From Camelus dromedarius (Eukaryota): 64,000 nucleotides of DNA. Numbering within the stretch: position 1 is the first letter of the stretch; each line of letters begins with the position of its first letter. Positions 13,601-26,319 of the stretch are shown piece by piece. The position numbers and the translations under genes are program-made. The stretch is from NCBI RefSeq assembly GCF_036321535.1, contig NC_087436.1, positions 43,960,001 through 44,024,000 of the forward strand, in the 5' to 3' direction. A model generated the notes under the pieces. It searched no databases. It was given only the letters and a program-made list of their open reading frames with translations, and had not been told where the DNA came from.

Positions 13601-15331
13601 AAATATATTCCAAGAATGTGCCCTCAGGAAGGTCCTGAGGAGAGGAAGGAAGATGAGGTGTTTTCCTCATCTGCATTAAGAGTCTGGAGCCTGCGTGCCC
13701 AGAATTAGCAGGATAAGGGTATTTCTAATTGCTTCTCAGCTGCCTGGCAAGCTGCGCCTTGGAAAGCCTCGACCTAGTTCCTCATATCTGCCTATAGTTT
13801 CTCTTGCCCACTTGGGAAGAGGGGAGTTGGGGGGTAGCAGGGAATCTCGGTTCAAACAGCTTCTAGTATTTCTTATCAAATAACTTTTGGAAGTGCACAT
13901 CAGACATCAGAAATATGATGAGGGTCTAAACTTTTTTTTTTTTTTACAGAAAAGAACAACAATTATAAATAGATAAGACTTTCGCTGGCAATTTTGTAGG
14001 TTTTTTGGTGCTTTATTATGCACCAATGGAGAATATACCATAGTAACTAGCTGGGCTGAAGTTAAGATTCTAAGCAGAGCTTCCTGGGTAAGCCAATGAT
14101 ACAATAAACTCTGAGGTGCAATAGGAGTATATACAGTGATGTGGCAAAATTGAACCTAAGTACAATATGTGCAGACATAAATCCATGAATCTAGGTTATG
14201 GGAATCCATAAGAACAAGAAACTAGCTAAGAAGCTATTAGCACATATATCAGGTAAAGCTCCTCTTCCCCATTCCTTCCCTTTTTTTCTTTTCTTCAAAA
14301 CAGAAGAATAAGCTGAGTGCAATAAAACTATGATTGCCACGGAAGCAATCAAGTAAAGCACAAGCAGCACGAGAAAATCAACTAGAAGTGTTTCAATTGG
14401 TAATTCCTCCTATGTTCTGTGGTTCTGCCACACATGCTTGTTCCGGCCCTGAGTCAATCCCCTCTTCTTTCAAATAGGAAGTTACCTGTACGTCAAATAA
14501 AGAGAAGGTAAAGTCTTACTTTCCAAAGACTGCACAGTTTTACTTACTGTTTAGCAGCATGGTTTAATGCATTCTGTTTTCTTAAAAAAGTAACTATATA
14601 TATAGTAATAACTATATTATATAGTAATATAAAAAGCCAATATAAAAATATCATATTAAAAACACAGTAATAGAGAAAAGGGAGAAAAAGGAACAATTAA
14701 TATACCACTATAAGACAACACTCTTAGAATATTTGTAAATTCATATCTACACCATTTTATATGTGTGTTAGGCAGTTACAATAGTTAATCAATACTAAAT
14801 CTATTTTTCACCTAGCATCTTCTACACTGCTACTAGTCTTCATCCATCATTTTGCTTAACCTTTTCCCTTTGTAAGAACGCTCACAATTCTGTTATTAAA
14901 AATAACTTTATGATGAACATCTTTGTGAATTTTCTCTGTAATTTGAATTATTTCCTCCCTAGAATGAATTTCCCAAAAGAAATGACCAATATGACCATTT
15001 TAATGGCCAACAGCACATATCAGAATATGTTAATGGTCCTGGACCTAGATGATGTTTGCTATCCCCTCCCCAACTCCCACCCTTCAGCCCCAACCCCACC
15101 CCCACTTTAGAGATAGTAGCGTCTCAGTGAAATGGGCAGAATGGAGCTACAGTGCTTACTCCGGGATAATTCACCTTCTTTATAATTCTTGTTTCAAGAA
15201 ATATTAGCTATCTTCTGCATCCCTTTAATTTTATGACATTTCATGAGGACTGCTGGTCTAATAAAGTTTGATAAGGCATTTTTTATCAAATACTGTGTAT
15301 ATCTGTAATTAGGAAATTCAACAGATTGTGT

Positions 15332-15743
15332 TGTGAAGGAAAAACTGGTCTGGGCTAACAAGATAACTCACAAATCTAAGTATTAGAATACTGATCTGAG
15401 TTCTGCTGGACTAACTTGTAAATCTAAGTTAATTAGTGTTGGTTTGCTGTTCATGTTTTTTGCTAGCCAGCTGGATTTTCAAAGATATATATCTGGCTTT
15501 GGAATGTTGGTTTGCTGCCTCCTGCCTCCACTTTTGTGATAATGATGCTGCTAAAGCTGTTCCATGCCTATTGGCCAAATACCCCAAGCTTGTACTTTAC
15601 CCTATAAAACCTCATGCGCACATCTTGGAGGTGCTCAGAGCTTCGGAGCAGAAGCCCCTCTGAGCCCGCCGGCATAATACATCTGAGTACTCCAACCCTC
15701 CGAGTGGTGCTTGTTTCTTGGCTGGCCTGTCGTTTCCGTAACA
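15332..15743 (+). mobile_element. Solo ERV1-class LTR, 412 bp
   Basis: TG...CA ends, perfect 4-bp TSD GTGT (15328-15331, 15744-15747), TATAAAA 15603-15609, AATACA 15676-15681. Confidence 0.9.
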
Positions 15744-15835
15744 GTGTTATCAGTTGAGCTCTGTCACCAATGACCAGTGAAGTTCATAGATACTGCATTG
15801 GTTTACAAAATATCCACTTCTCAAACACTTTAGGG

Positions 15836-16119
15836 CAGTATTTCCAAAACTTTAGTCATTCACATGCTACCTTCACCGTCTTTACCCTATCTCCATATTA
15901 TCTGTAATAGGATTTATTTAATCATTCCCTTAAAGGCAATAGTAAATTGGTTCACTTTCTTTTTACTTAACAGCTGCAAGAGCAGTATTATGCGTGAAAT
16001 CAGACTTTAAAAGCTAATTATATTTTTAATGCACATTAAACTAAGCATAACTCTAATTTTCAAAGTTTGAACGTGTGCCACCTAAAATTAATAGTTTGTA
16101 CACCATACTTTGGGAAAAT
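15836..16119. mobile_element. hAT-Charlie-type MITE
   Basis: Imperfect inverted termini cagtatttccaaaact...actttgggaaaatt. Confidence 0.55.
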
Positions 16120-18118
16120 TAAATTAATATGTAGCTGATATTTAAGCTATGATCATCTCTTTCTGTTCTTCAGACATAGAAGAATGATGACATCAGATAA
16201 TATTCTTACTTTTAAATTGGTCTATCCCACAGAACTCTATAAACAAAGTAAATCACAACATCCTGCAACGGTAGATGTCACTGTCAATAACAAGAAACAG
16301 AGTCCCCCATATGGAGGCAACAAATACAACAGCAGAAATATGGAATGAGTTTACACCAAAAGCTTGAATGCACATTCCTGTTAAAATTCTTCAACTCATA
16401 GACACAACATTTCAGGAAAGAAAGGCATTTACAATGAGGATTTTATTTTGAAAAGCCATTATTCTCTGAAACAGATTAAGGGACAGTAAAAGTAGTACAT
16501 GTGTTGTGTTCTGGGAAAGGGATCAGTGAAATTATTTTAGAATGGGTAAAGCCATGGAAGTTTAGAAATATTTTGAAATGCGTATTTAGATCACATAGCA
16601 CTTCAGGGGAGATGGTTTCTTAAGTCAGTCATGCTCATTAAACAGTATTATTTTATGTGAGATTTAGAATATCCATCATAATTTACATATGACTTTTTTA
16701 ATTAAATTTTTTTTTTAAAGTTTAAACTAATTATTGGCTCCCTACTCACGCAAGTGGATAGTCTAAGATTCCCCTGTCTTGTCAGGGGAAGAACTTGAAG
16801 AATTAATTTCAGACTCAAAAAGACATTTGAGATGAATAGTAAATAATTATTAGAATAATGTTAAGTACTTTGTTTCTCTTCAGGCTGCAGGTTGACAGGA
16901 TTTGGATGGAGGAGGAGGGAAGACAGAAGTAAATTATTTTGGTCAGTGGGTATAAAGACTTGATTTGGCATGTGTTTAGGCCTGGTGTGTCTTCGAAGTG
17001 GTAAATTAGCCTACACCCACTACTGCCCAAAGTAATGCACATTGTACAGACATGTAATCTGCTGACACACCACCTACCCCTAGGGGTGCACAGCTTCTGT
17101 GGTATAGTTATAATGCTCTTTTTAGTTCAATTGAATTGGAGGTCAAGGAGGAAAGAGGAGAAACAGAAGGGTGTGGAGACCTTGCTGAAGTGTTATGCAT
17201 AGACTTGTCCAGCAACAGTGATTACATGTAATGAATTAAAAATGTTCTTAACAAGGAGGTATTAGCCAACCAAAAGCAGATACTGTTTTTCATAAGAGTA
17301 TTAGTTTTATAAGTAAAAAGAAAAGGAAGAGGGAGATAGAAGCAAATATTACAGAGGTGCCATTATGTTGTGACATAAGTACCCTGCTATCTGATTCTGC
17401 CTCTCTTTGTACCCTTATCCACCTGCAAATTCCAAACAATTGTAAAGGATTTAAGCTATGGCTTTCCTAAGTCATCTAGAGCCTTAACTTTAAATGCTAA
17501 AATTGGTTAATGAAAGGACTTTTTAAAATAGAAACACAAAGTTTTCCTAGATATTTTCTCTATATATAACACTTCTCCACATCCAGAATTCCGGCCAGTT
17601 CTTTCCAAATGAGAAAAGTGATTCTAAGAGCCTATCTATCTGTTTCTTGGCAAAATTATTAAGCCCATCATAAAAGTGATAGCTTCTGTTATCACCACCT
17701 GTGAACTCCAGGCAAATATCCTGGGGTTAAATTTTCAAATTAAGTAATGCCAACTCTTTTAATCAAACATCTTGATTAAGAGATAAATAAAGCCAGATGT
17801 CCAATAGCAGCTCTAGCAAGCTCCATGACATGAGGACTTTATTATTAAAACCTTAAAAAAAAAAAAAACTGGTTTCTTTTCTCCACTTCCCAATAATGTA
17901 ACTTTACTGCTTAGGTAGTCCTTCACCACCCTCCTCCCTTCTCCATACTGAGGAGTTTTTAGAAATGCAAAGATTCTTCCTGGAGCTCTAAAGTTATTTA
18001 AATGTAGGCGAGAACAGGTGGAAACGGGCTGACAATTTAAGAAAATATTTCCTTAAAAATTATGCCATCTTTTGCACCCCCATCTACTGCGTTTTGTCAT
18101 TAAAAGGCTGATACTCAC

Positions 18119-18250
18119 CTTTATCTTGAAGAAGAGGAAAAATACTCTGAAATCAGTAAACCTAACTCTAAAAAAAGTTAATTATAGCACAACCTCCCTG
18201 AAATAAACTGTTTCTCATAAACAGCCTCCGTTTCAGGAAGTAGGACTTTG
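18119..18250 (-). other. ALPK1: ALPK1 non-coding exon 1 (TSS approximate)
   Basis: Minus strand CTACTTCCTGAAAC...TTTATGAGAAACAG...AAGATAAAG|GTGAGT with a consensus donor; resembles the 5' end of human ALPK1 mRNA as recalled; head-to-head with TIFA as in the known AP1AR-TIFA-ALPK1 synteny. Confidence 0.82.
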
Positions 18251-18520
18251 AAAGAAAACAGCCTGCTATTGTCTCAGAACTTGGTTGTGCAATTCAACCC
18301 CGGGACTTTCAGCGGTTCTGCACCATAAGACACGCCCCTTTAGGAACTGTGGTGGTGAAAGGTATTCTGGGAGTTGTATTACTACAGAAAAGTTCCTTCT
18401 AAAGAAAGTGCAAGAAAATGCCCTATTTGGACTAAATCAGAATGGAGAGCCAGTGCCCAGAGAGCCGAGGAAAGAGAATGTAAGTAGGAAGTAGGAAACA
18501 ATGAACATGATACTGTTTCT
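18230..18520 (-). promoter_or_regulatory. ALPK1: ALPK1 proximal promoter, CpG-poor, with ETS and kappaB-like motifs
   Basis: AGGAAGT at about 18235 and 18486, GGGACTTTCA 18302-18311, TTCTAAAGAA 18397-18406, directly upstream of exon 1. Confidence 0.6.
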
Positions 18521-21029
18521 TATTTGTTGTCAAAAGACAAACTAAAATGTTATGGCTCTATTCAGCGCTCATCTATTTTAGAATTACTGTGCCAGAATTT
18601 AGCTGCTTGTCACAAGAACACCTGTATTACCAAGTTTTTTTGAATGGAAAAGTGAAGTTAGAATTTTTCTCATAGAAAATCTGATTGTAACTGTGTTACA
18701 TAGTGGACACCTCCCTTCAATCTAAATCTGCGGCTCCAGATTTTGAGAAAAAAATCGGAAGTACATGAAAAGATTTCTTTAAATGTTTAACAACATTTCA
18801 TCGGAAAAGTTACTGAAGTCAACAATATTTTAATGTTCTCTGTCCTTTCTGTGCCTACTGGGTTAAAGAAGTGTCCTCTGGGGTGAAGGAGTAAGAGATT
18901 TCATTAGTAGTAATTTGATTAGTCTTGGTAAAGCCTTCTGGTATATTTCTCCAAAAATGAGAAAGTGAATGACTCTAATAACTGGGTAATAAATCCTTGG
19001 GCAAGTCCGGTGGTTTCTAACTCTACTTCCCCACAAAATAGAAAAAAGAAATACTTAATTATTCAGCCACTTAGTATTTCAAGTACTAAATAGTATTTAG
19101 ATCACTTAAAATTTTTATGCTAGATCACTATGTAATTCTTAATATATGACCTTAGAAGAAGTTGAGATAACCAAATGATATTAGTATAACAAAACTCTTT
19201 CTGTCTCCTTTTATGCATGTAAAGAGTTTTCTTTGTATGCATTTTTTTAAAATAGAATACTGGTTTATTCTTTCAGTATGAAATTCATACTGAAACATTC
19301 AACCATGAACTAATTTTTTAAAACCCCATAAATCTCATTGAGAAATGCATTTTCCATAAAAGTTTATTCTGTTTACTAATTATTCACCAAAATATATCAT
19401 TTATTTTTCTTTCTAATCAAATATAAATTCATAATACTTATAATGTGTAACTCAATATTTAAAAAATTAATACTTAGAGTCTATGGCAAGAAGAAATAAA
19501 TTTTTAAAATTTCAATATCCACATGTTTTTATTATAAAGAAGTATGATGAAAAAACATTTAATCATATAAACTATTAATATTAAAAGAAAATTCTATGGA
19601 GAAAGTGGAATAAAAGTTTAAGGAGATAAATAACATAAACTTCCTAATTGTTAAACTTGTACATGTACAAGAACTTGTACATGTGTTTTTAAGTGGATGA
19701 TGGGGACATCAAATCATTAGTATATATAATTTTCATTGGATACATCTAAAAGAGTTTTTAAACATCTGACTTGGATCCTTTGCAACCATTTAAAGTGATG
19801 ATAAAAATGAATATCAACTTAAAAATGTGTAAGAGAGTTATTGTTTTTGAAAATTCTGTTTGAGGGTAAATGAGCAAAAATGTTAGAAATTCAGTGCTTG
19901 GGGGAAAGGACTAAATATTCTAGAGCCTATAAAAAGGGCACTGGATACTTGGGAATGGAAAGAGAGAAAAGGGTACTGATACTCCTATCATCCTAAAAGC
20001 CAGGTAGGGGGAAGTGATGGATGGGTGGGCCATATTTCAATGAAGAGGCAGGGGTCAACAGTACTAACTGATGCAGAGAAGTGAAGGAGGATGGGGACAG
20101 AGAAGTGTCCGTTGGCACGGCAAGTAGGTCAAGTATAGCTTTAAAAGAACAAACTCAGTGGAGTGGTGGCAGAAGGCAGATGGCATATTTCTAAAATCCT
20201 AGTAAGATAAATAAGTAGAGTAGAAAGGGACTCTCCATCTAAGCCTAGACTAAATAAAATATTCAGGTGGAGCCTATTTTTGGAGGAGCTTACATTCCTT
20301 CCAAAGGGCTTCAGTGTTGGAGCAAGATGATCTCAAGACCAGCTTAACCCTTTTATTATATCACTAATTATATTATAAACTTGAAGCCAGAAAAGCTGGG
20401 AATAGTGATATTTCTATGGGGATAATGGCCAGAATGTCATTCCGGAAATTTCTTCTCAGAATTACATCCGTAGCTGTCAGCACAATGATGGTAAACATAA
20501 AGAAAGAACCAGAGATGGAGGACAGAAGGAGAACTTATTCCAGGTATGGCATTTTTCTGAGGAAAGACTTATTTTATAAGAAAATGAAATGATTGTATTA
20601 TAAATTAAATAATGTGGGTCTTCTCAGCAGTATAAAAAGTTGTTATTTGTTAGGATGCTAGTAATTTATTATGTTTTAAAAATTAATGGAGAAGCATTAA
20701 CAAATGAAACCTAAATACTTAAATATAATATCAAAGAAGGTTTGGGGGCTTGTGGGGTTTTATTAAAAAATTAATTAATTAATTAATTCATTAATTTTTA
20801 CTGAAAATGAATACTATATGACAAAGTTTAGATTCAGTGAGGCAAAGATTAACCTACTTGGTTTGGAGGATATGAAACAGGCAGAAACAATGCACCCCCC
20901 CAAAACTGACCCTTCTTTTCCTGCTTACCTAGCCTCTGGCTCTCACAAAGAATGACCGGGGTTTCCAGGGTCAGGATCCACTGAGGTCTCTCATAACTCA
21001 TTGGGGTCCTCTAACAACAACAACAAAAA

Positions 21030-21758
21030 GGTGTTCAATTGTTGCATAAAAATTACCATAAATTTAGCAGTTTAAAACAGCATTCATTAAATTATCTGTT
21101 CTATGAACCAAATGTAAAATACGTATAAATGAAGACATTCTAAATGTCCATAAAATGATATCATCACTAGAGCATGGACATTTTATAAGTATTGAAGAAT
21201 CTAGAGGAAAAGTAATAAAGGTTCTATGATATACAAAAACACAAAAACCAGCACCCATTTATAATTTCAGTGTTTGGTCAGACAGCAATCTGGGCACATT
21301 CTAGCTGAGAACACTGCTGCGGTTCTCACCCGAGGCTTGGGGCAGGGAGTGGTCTCCGGCAAGGCTGGAAGTTGTTGACAGAATTCCAGATATAGGACCA
21401 AGGTTCCCATTTTCTTGGTAGCTGTTGGCAGGGGACCACTCTCAGCTCATAGATGTCAACCACAGTCCCTTGCCATATGTTTCTCTGTAGGCAGTCCTTG
21501 ACATGGATGTTTGCTTCCAGGCCAGCAGGAGTGGTGTTTCTGACTTCCTGAAGGGCTTGGCCCTTTTATGGATTCATGTGATTTGGTCTGGCCCAACCTG
21601 ATAATCTCCCTAGAGTTCCCAGATAATTGATTAGAAACCTGGTCACAGGAGTGATATCCTATCACAGTCACAGATTCTGCCCACACTCAAGGAATTGTAC
21701 AAATTGTGTACACCAGGGGGTAGGAATCTTGGGGGCCACCCTAAAGTCCTGCCTATCA
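21030..21758 (-). mobile_element. MLT1 (ERVL-MaLR) LTR, interrupted at 21083-21244
   Basis: MLT1-like aattaccataaatttagcagtttaaaacagca...ggaatcttgggggccaccctaaagtcctgcctatca. Confidence 0.75.
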
Positions 21759-23992
21759 GCAACTTCCCCACAACTGCTTCCAGGGAGGGGCAGAACAGAT
21801 GGCTGAAAACAGGCTGACTCCTCCTCTCCCTCCAGCCTCCAGGTGTCCTGCCTCTGGGGGGCTCCAGTTTTCTCCTCACCATCTGATCGCTCTCTCAAGG
21901 GCCTGGATTTTATTGCAGTCCTCCATCATGTGAAAAATGTTGAGGCATCAAAGCATTGAGACCTTTCTCTCAGGAGACTTCTTTCACTTGGCTCTTCCTA
22001 AAAAAGCTTTTAAAAGAATTTGTTTAATGTGTGTGTAACCATAATGCATGCAAATGAGAGAAAAATCCAAACATTTTGAAAAAATACACAGTGAAATATA
22101 TCTCCTACCTCCACCTTCTGCCCTCTCTCAAATTCTTTTTCTCAGATTAACCAATATTACAGTTCTATTTCTTGAATCTCTTTGCAGATAGTTTGTGCAT
22201 TTACAAACTTTTTTCTTCTCCCACAAACGTAGCATTTTTGTTCTGCACTTTGGTTTTTCTCTAGTGGTGCATCCAGCAGACCTTTCCACATAAGTCTAAA
22301 CTGTTTCCATTGCAGTTGCTTAACCCCAAGAACAGGGAGAAAGGGAAGTCCAGACTAGCTTTTCTTCATTTCCATCTCAACACTTTGGGCCTTCTCCTGA
22401 GCCCCATTTAGGGGATTATGATAAAAGAGCTGAGTTATCTCAGTAGATTCTGAATGTTTTCACTGGTTGGCAGAGAGCATCAGCCCTGATGTGGGGCATT
22501 CCTGGGTTATTCCAAATCTGAACATCTGAGCTGGGCAGGGGAGAATTAGATGAATCTGTATCCAAGGTGCTTAGAGTACATTGAGCAGAAGGCAAGTATC
22601 ATATAACCCAGTTACCATCAAGCAACACAAACAAGCAATAATTTAAATTTTTTCCTATAGTACGTGATTGTATTTCCATAAATTAGCTTTCTCTATTTTT
22701 TATTTTAAGTGAAATACAGTAGATTTTCAGGTACATCAGCTTAATCGTGGGCTTGTGGAAGTATCTAAAAACTGTTTTTAGGATTCTTTCCATGGACAAA
22801 TATTTTTGTAGTTCCAAACAAGGAAAGACCTGAATTAGAAATTATGTTGAAACCTATATTGTGGAGGTGGGCGTGGTGATAGCAAGGGGAACAGTTACTG
22901 AAGGGGGCACCATCAATTGAATATGAGAGCTAAGACAGAATTTTACTTTATTGTTAAACATTAATACAATTTGGAAATTTCAAATTGTTCAAAGCTAGAC
23001 AGAAATACATTGGACTGTGGGCATTCATGTTATTTTCAAATTAAATGATTCATCACTGATAATTCAAACAGTAAATCTCTCTCACTTTTGTATCAGTAAT
23101 ATACATGCCTAGTGTTTTCTTCTGTTTTCCTTTGATAAATAATTCTGGCCTGACTTTCGGGGTACCATTTCTCTGAAGGGTTCTTTTTAATCTCTCAAAT
23201 TTGTAGCCTAGGAATACTTTAGCCCTCCAGAAAGCATTTAGCTTCTATACTCAGCAACACTCACAGCATTTGGCTGTATTAAGTGAAGTTAACCAAGTTT
23301 TAAAGCCATCCAAAGCCTTCCTTCATTAAATTCACAGGAAAGAAGTTTAACCACACTCTGTCTAATTTAAAAGATGTTAACAGTTCACCAGCAGTTCTGA
23401 GCGCAAGAGACAATTTTCGAAACTTCAGAATCAAAGAATGGGTTTGTCAAAATGACACAATCACATCAAAACCAAAATTAAAATTATTTTATTCCTCTCT
23501 GAAAAGGAAACCTGCAAATAAAAGGGCCCCAAAAGCTATTTCTGGGAGGTGTGTTCTCATCAGCACATGTGTGATGTTGGCACATGCTGGAATCCTTCAT
23601 TTCTTCAGCCTGATGTGATTTTGGCTGAAGTATTTTCACACACGCTTTTAGTAATTCCCTTGTTTTTTTGAGAAATCATAGCCTGAGATGAGGATATTTT
23701 ATAAACCTCTTTCTATAATATCTAGTAAACTTTCAGCACATAAAGTTCTACTATATTTCTTTAAATAGCAAAGACATTTTCAATGAATGATGTTCATGTT
23801 TTTCCATAAATGCTATTGTTACTCTATTTAAACTTTGAAATTGAGTAACAATAAAACAAGTAAAATCAATAGTAAAACTAAAATAATCTATTAAAAATGT
23901 TTTTAGTGGTTTTACACAAACAGAAACAGTAATAAAATAAAGCACATATTAGAAATTACTTTGCCTAATTTAGATATTACTGATTTAAAATC

Positions 23993-25820
23993 TTTTTTTA
24001 ATTGAAGTACAATTGACTTACAATACTATAACAGTTCCAAGTGTACAACAGAATGATTCAATATTTTTATATATTATGAAACGATCACCGTAGGTCCAGT
24101 TGCCATCTGTCATCATAAAAAGTCATTACAATATTATTGACTATATTCCCTGTGTTATACATTACCTGTAGTGACTTATTTATTTTATAACTGGAAGTTT
24201 GTACCTCTTGATTGCCTTTGCCTGTTTTACCCATCTCCCTCCCCTGACAACCACCAGTATGTTCTCTGTATGTGTAAGTCCTTTTCTATTTTGTTTGTTC
24301 ACTTTTTAAGATTCCACATATAAGTAAAATCATACAGCATTCATCTTTCTCTGACTTATTTCACATAGCATAATACCGTCTACGCCCATTCATGTTGTCA
24401 TAAATGGAAAGAGTTCATTTCTCTTCTTTATCCATTCATCTGTCAATGGACATTTATGTTGTTTCTGTATCTTGGTTATTGTAAATAATGCTACAATGAA
24501 CATTGGGGTGAATATATCTTCAAATTCGTGTTTTTGTTTCCTTCATATCAATACCCAGGAATAGAATTCTTGAATCATATGGTAGTTCTAGTTTTAATTT
24601 TTTGAGGAACCTCCATACTGTTTTCCATAGTGGCTGCACCAATTTACATTTCCTCCAACTGTGCACAAAGATTCACTTTTCTCCACATCTTTACCAACAC
24701 TTGTTACTTGTTGTTCTTTTTTTGATAATAACCATTCTGACAGATGTGAGGTGATATCTCATTGTGGTTTTGATATGCATTTCCCTGATGATTAGTGGTG
24801 TTGAGAATCTTTTCATGTGCCTGTTGGCCATCTGTATATATCTTCTTTGGAAGAATATCTGTTTAAGTCCTATGCCCATTTTTTAATTGGACTGTCTGGT
24901 TTCTTTGATATTTGTTGTGTGAATTCTTTGTATATTTTGGATATAAACTCCTTGTTGGACATATTATTTGCAAATATCTCCTCTCATTCAGTATGTTGCC
25001 TTTTTGATTAGTGATGATTTCCTTGGCTCTGCAAAAGCTTTTTAGTTTGATGTACTCCCATTTGTTTATTTTTGCTTTTGTTGCCCTTGCCTGTGGAGAC
25101 AGATCCTCCAACACCCACACAAATATTGCAAATACCAGTGTCAAAAAGTGGACCACTACAAAACAGAAACAGACTCATAGACATAGAATACAAACTTGTG
25201 GTTGCCAAGGGGGGGGGTGAAGGGACAGACTGGGAGTTCGAAATTTGTAGATAGCGACAGGCATATGTAGAATAGATAAACAAGAATATACTGTATAGCA
25301 CAGGGAAATATATATAAGATCTTGTGTTAGCTCACAGTGAAAAAGAATGTGACAATGAATATATGTATGTTCATGTATAACTGAAAAATTGTGCTTTACC
25401 CTGGAAATTGACACAACATTGTAAACTGACTATAACTCAATAAAAAAGGTTTAAAAAAATTAGATTACAAAAAAAAAGTGGACTGCTTATGTTTTCTTCC
25501 AGGAGTTTTATGGTTTCAGATCTTAAATTTAAGTCTTTAATCCATTCTAAGTCTATTTTTGTATATGGTATAAGAAGGTGGTATAGTTTTATTCTTTTGT
25601 ATGTAGCTGTCCAGTTTTCCCAATGCAACTTATTGAAGAAACTGTCTTTTTCCCATTGTATATTCTTGTCTACTTTGTCATAGATTGATTGATCATAGGT
25701 GCATGGGTTCATTTCTGGACTCTATTCTGTTGCAATGATCTATGTGTCTGTATTTGTGCCAGGACCACACTGTTTTGATTACTATAGCTTTGTAGTATAG
25801 TTGACATCAGGAGCATGTAG
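23993..25820 (-). mobile_element. L1 ORF2 end and 3' UTR, interrupted at 25154-25472
   Basis: ORFs 24691..24879, 24863..25156 and 25437..25712 give L1 ORF2 peptides ([41 protein letters not shown]). Confidence 0.93.
25154..25472 (+). mobile_element. Young 5'-truncated L1 3' end with an 11-bp TSD
   Basis: AAAAAGTGGAC at 25143-25153 and 25473-25483; AATAAA and A-rich tail. Confidence 0.88.
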
Positions 25821-26293
25821 CCACTGTCGAGTGTCTCCTCAAACCTTTAAGGAACAGAAACTTCAAGTGTGCATTTGTGGCTGTTTCTCAACTTCCAAAA
25901 ACAATTTTCAGTTTTAAGGCCATTGTTTTTAACCAGTTGTCAGAGGGAGAAAACCATTACTCAGATTAGATCCTGATCTGGACTTTAAGTCTCATTTTGG
26001 GTCATTTTATAAATCAAGTTATCTTAAAGGAAACAGAAAAATGGAATAATGTTTTCAAGATCGTGAATTTTAGCAGTTGTTGCATTTTCTCTTTTAGTGT
26101 TATTAATAACACCTACTTAAATAGTCCTTTGCAGTTTATAAAGCATTTTCACAGACTAATTTTAAAGATTAGAGATCAGAAACTCCAATTCTAATAATAT
26201 TTTATTGTGTGAGTTTATTGGTGTAGTTCAATTGCATGTCTTATCTTCCACCTGCTCTAACGTTCTTTGGCTGAAAAAAAGGTACTGTGACTG

Positions 26294-26319
26294 TCTCTCT
26301 CTCTCTCTCTCTCTCTCTC
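26294..26319 (+). repeat. (CT)n microsatellite
   Basis: About 12-13 uninterrupted TC units. Confidence 0.9.

Noticed and set aside
21125..21165. SECIS-like ATGA...AAA...GA pattern in the retroposed insert
   Set aside because: Spacing and helix pairing do not fit a SECIS element.
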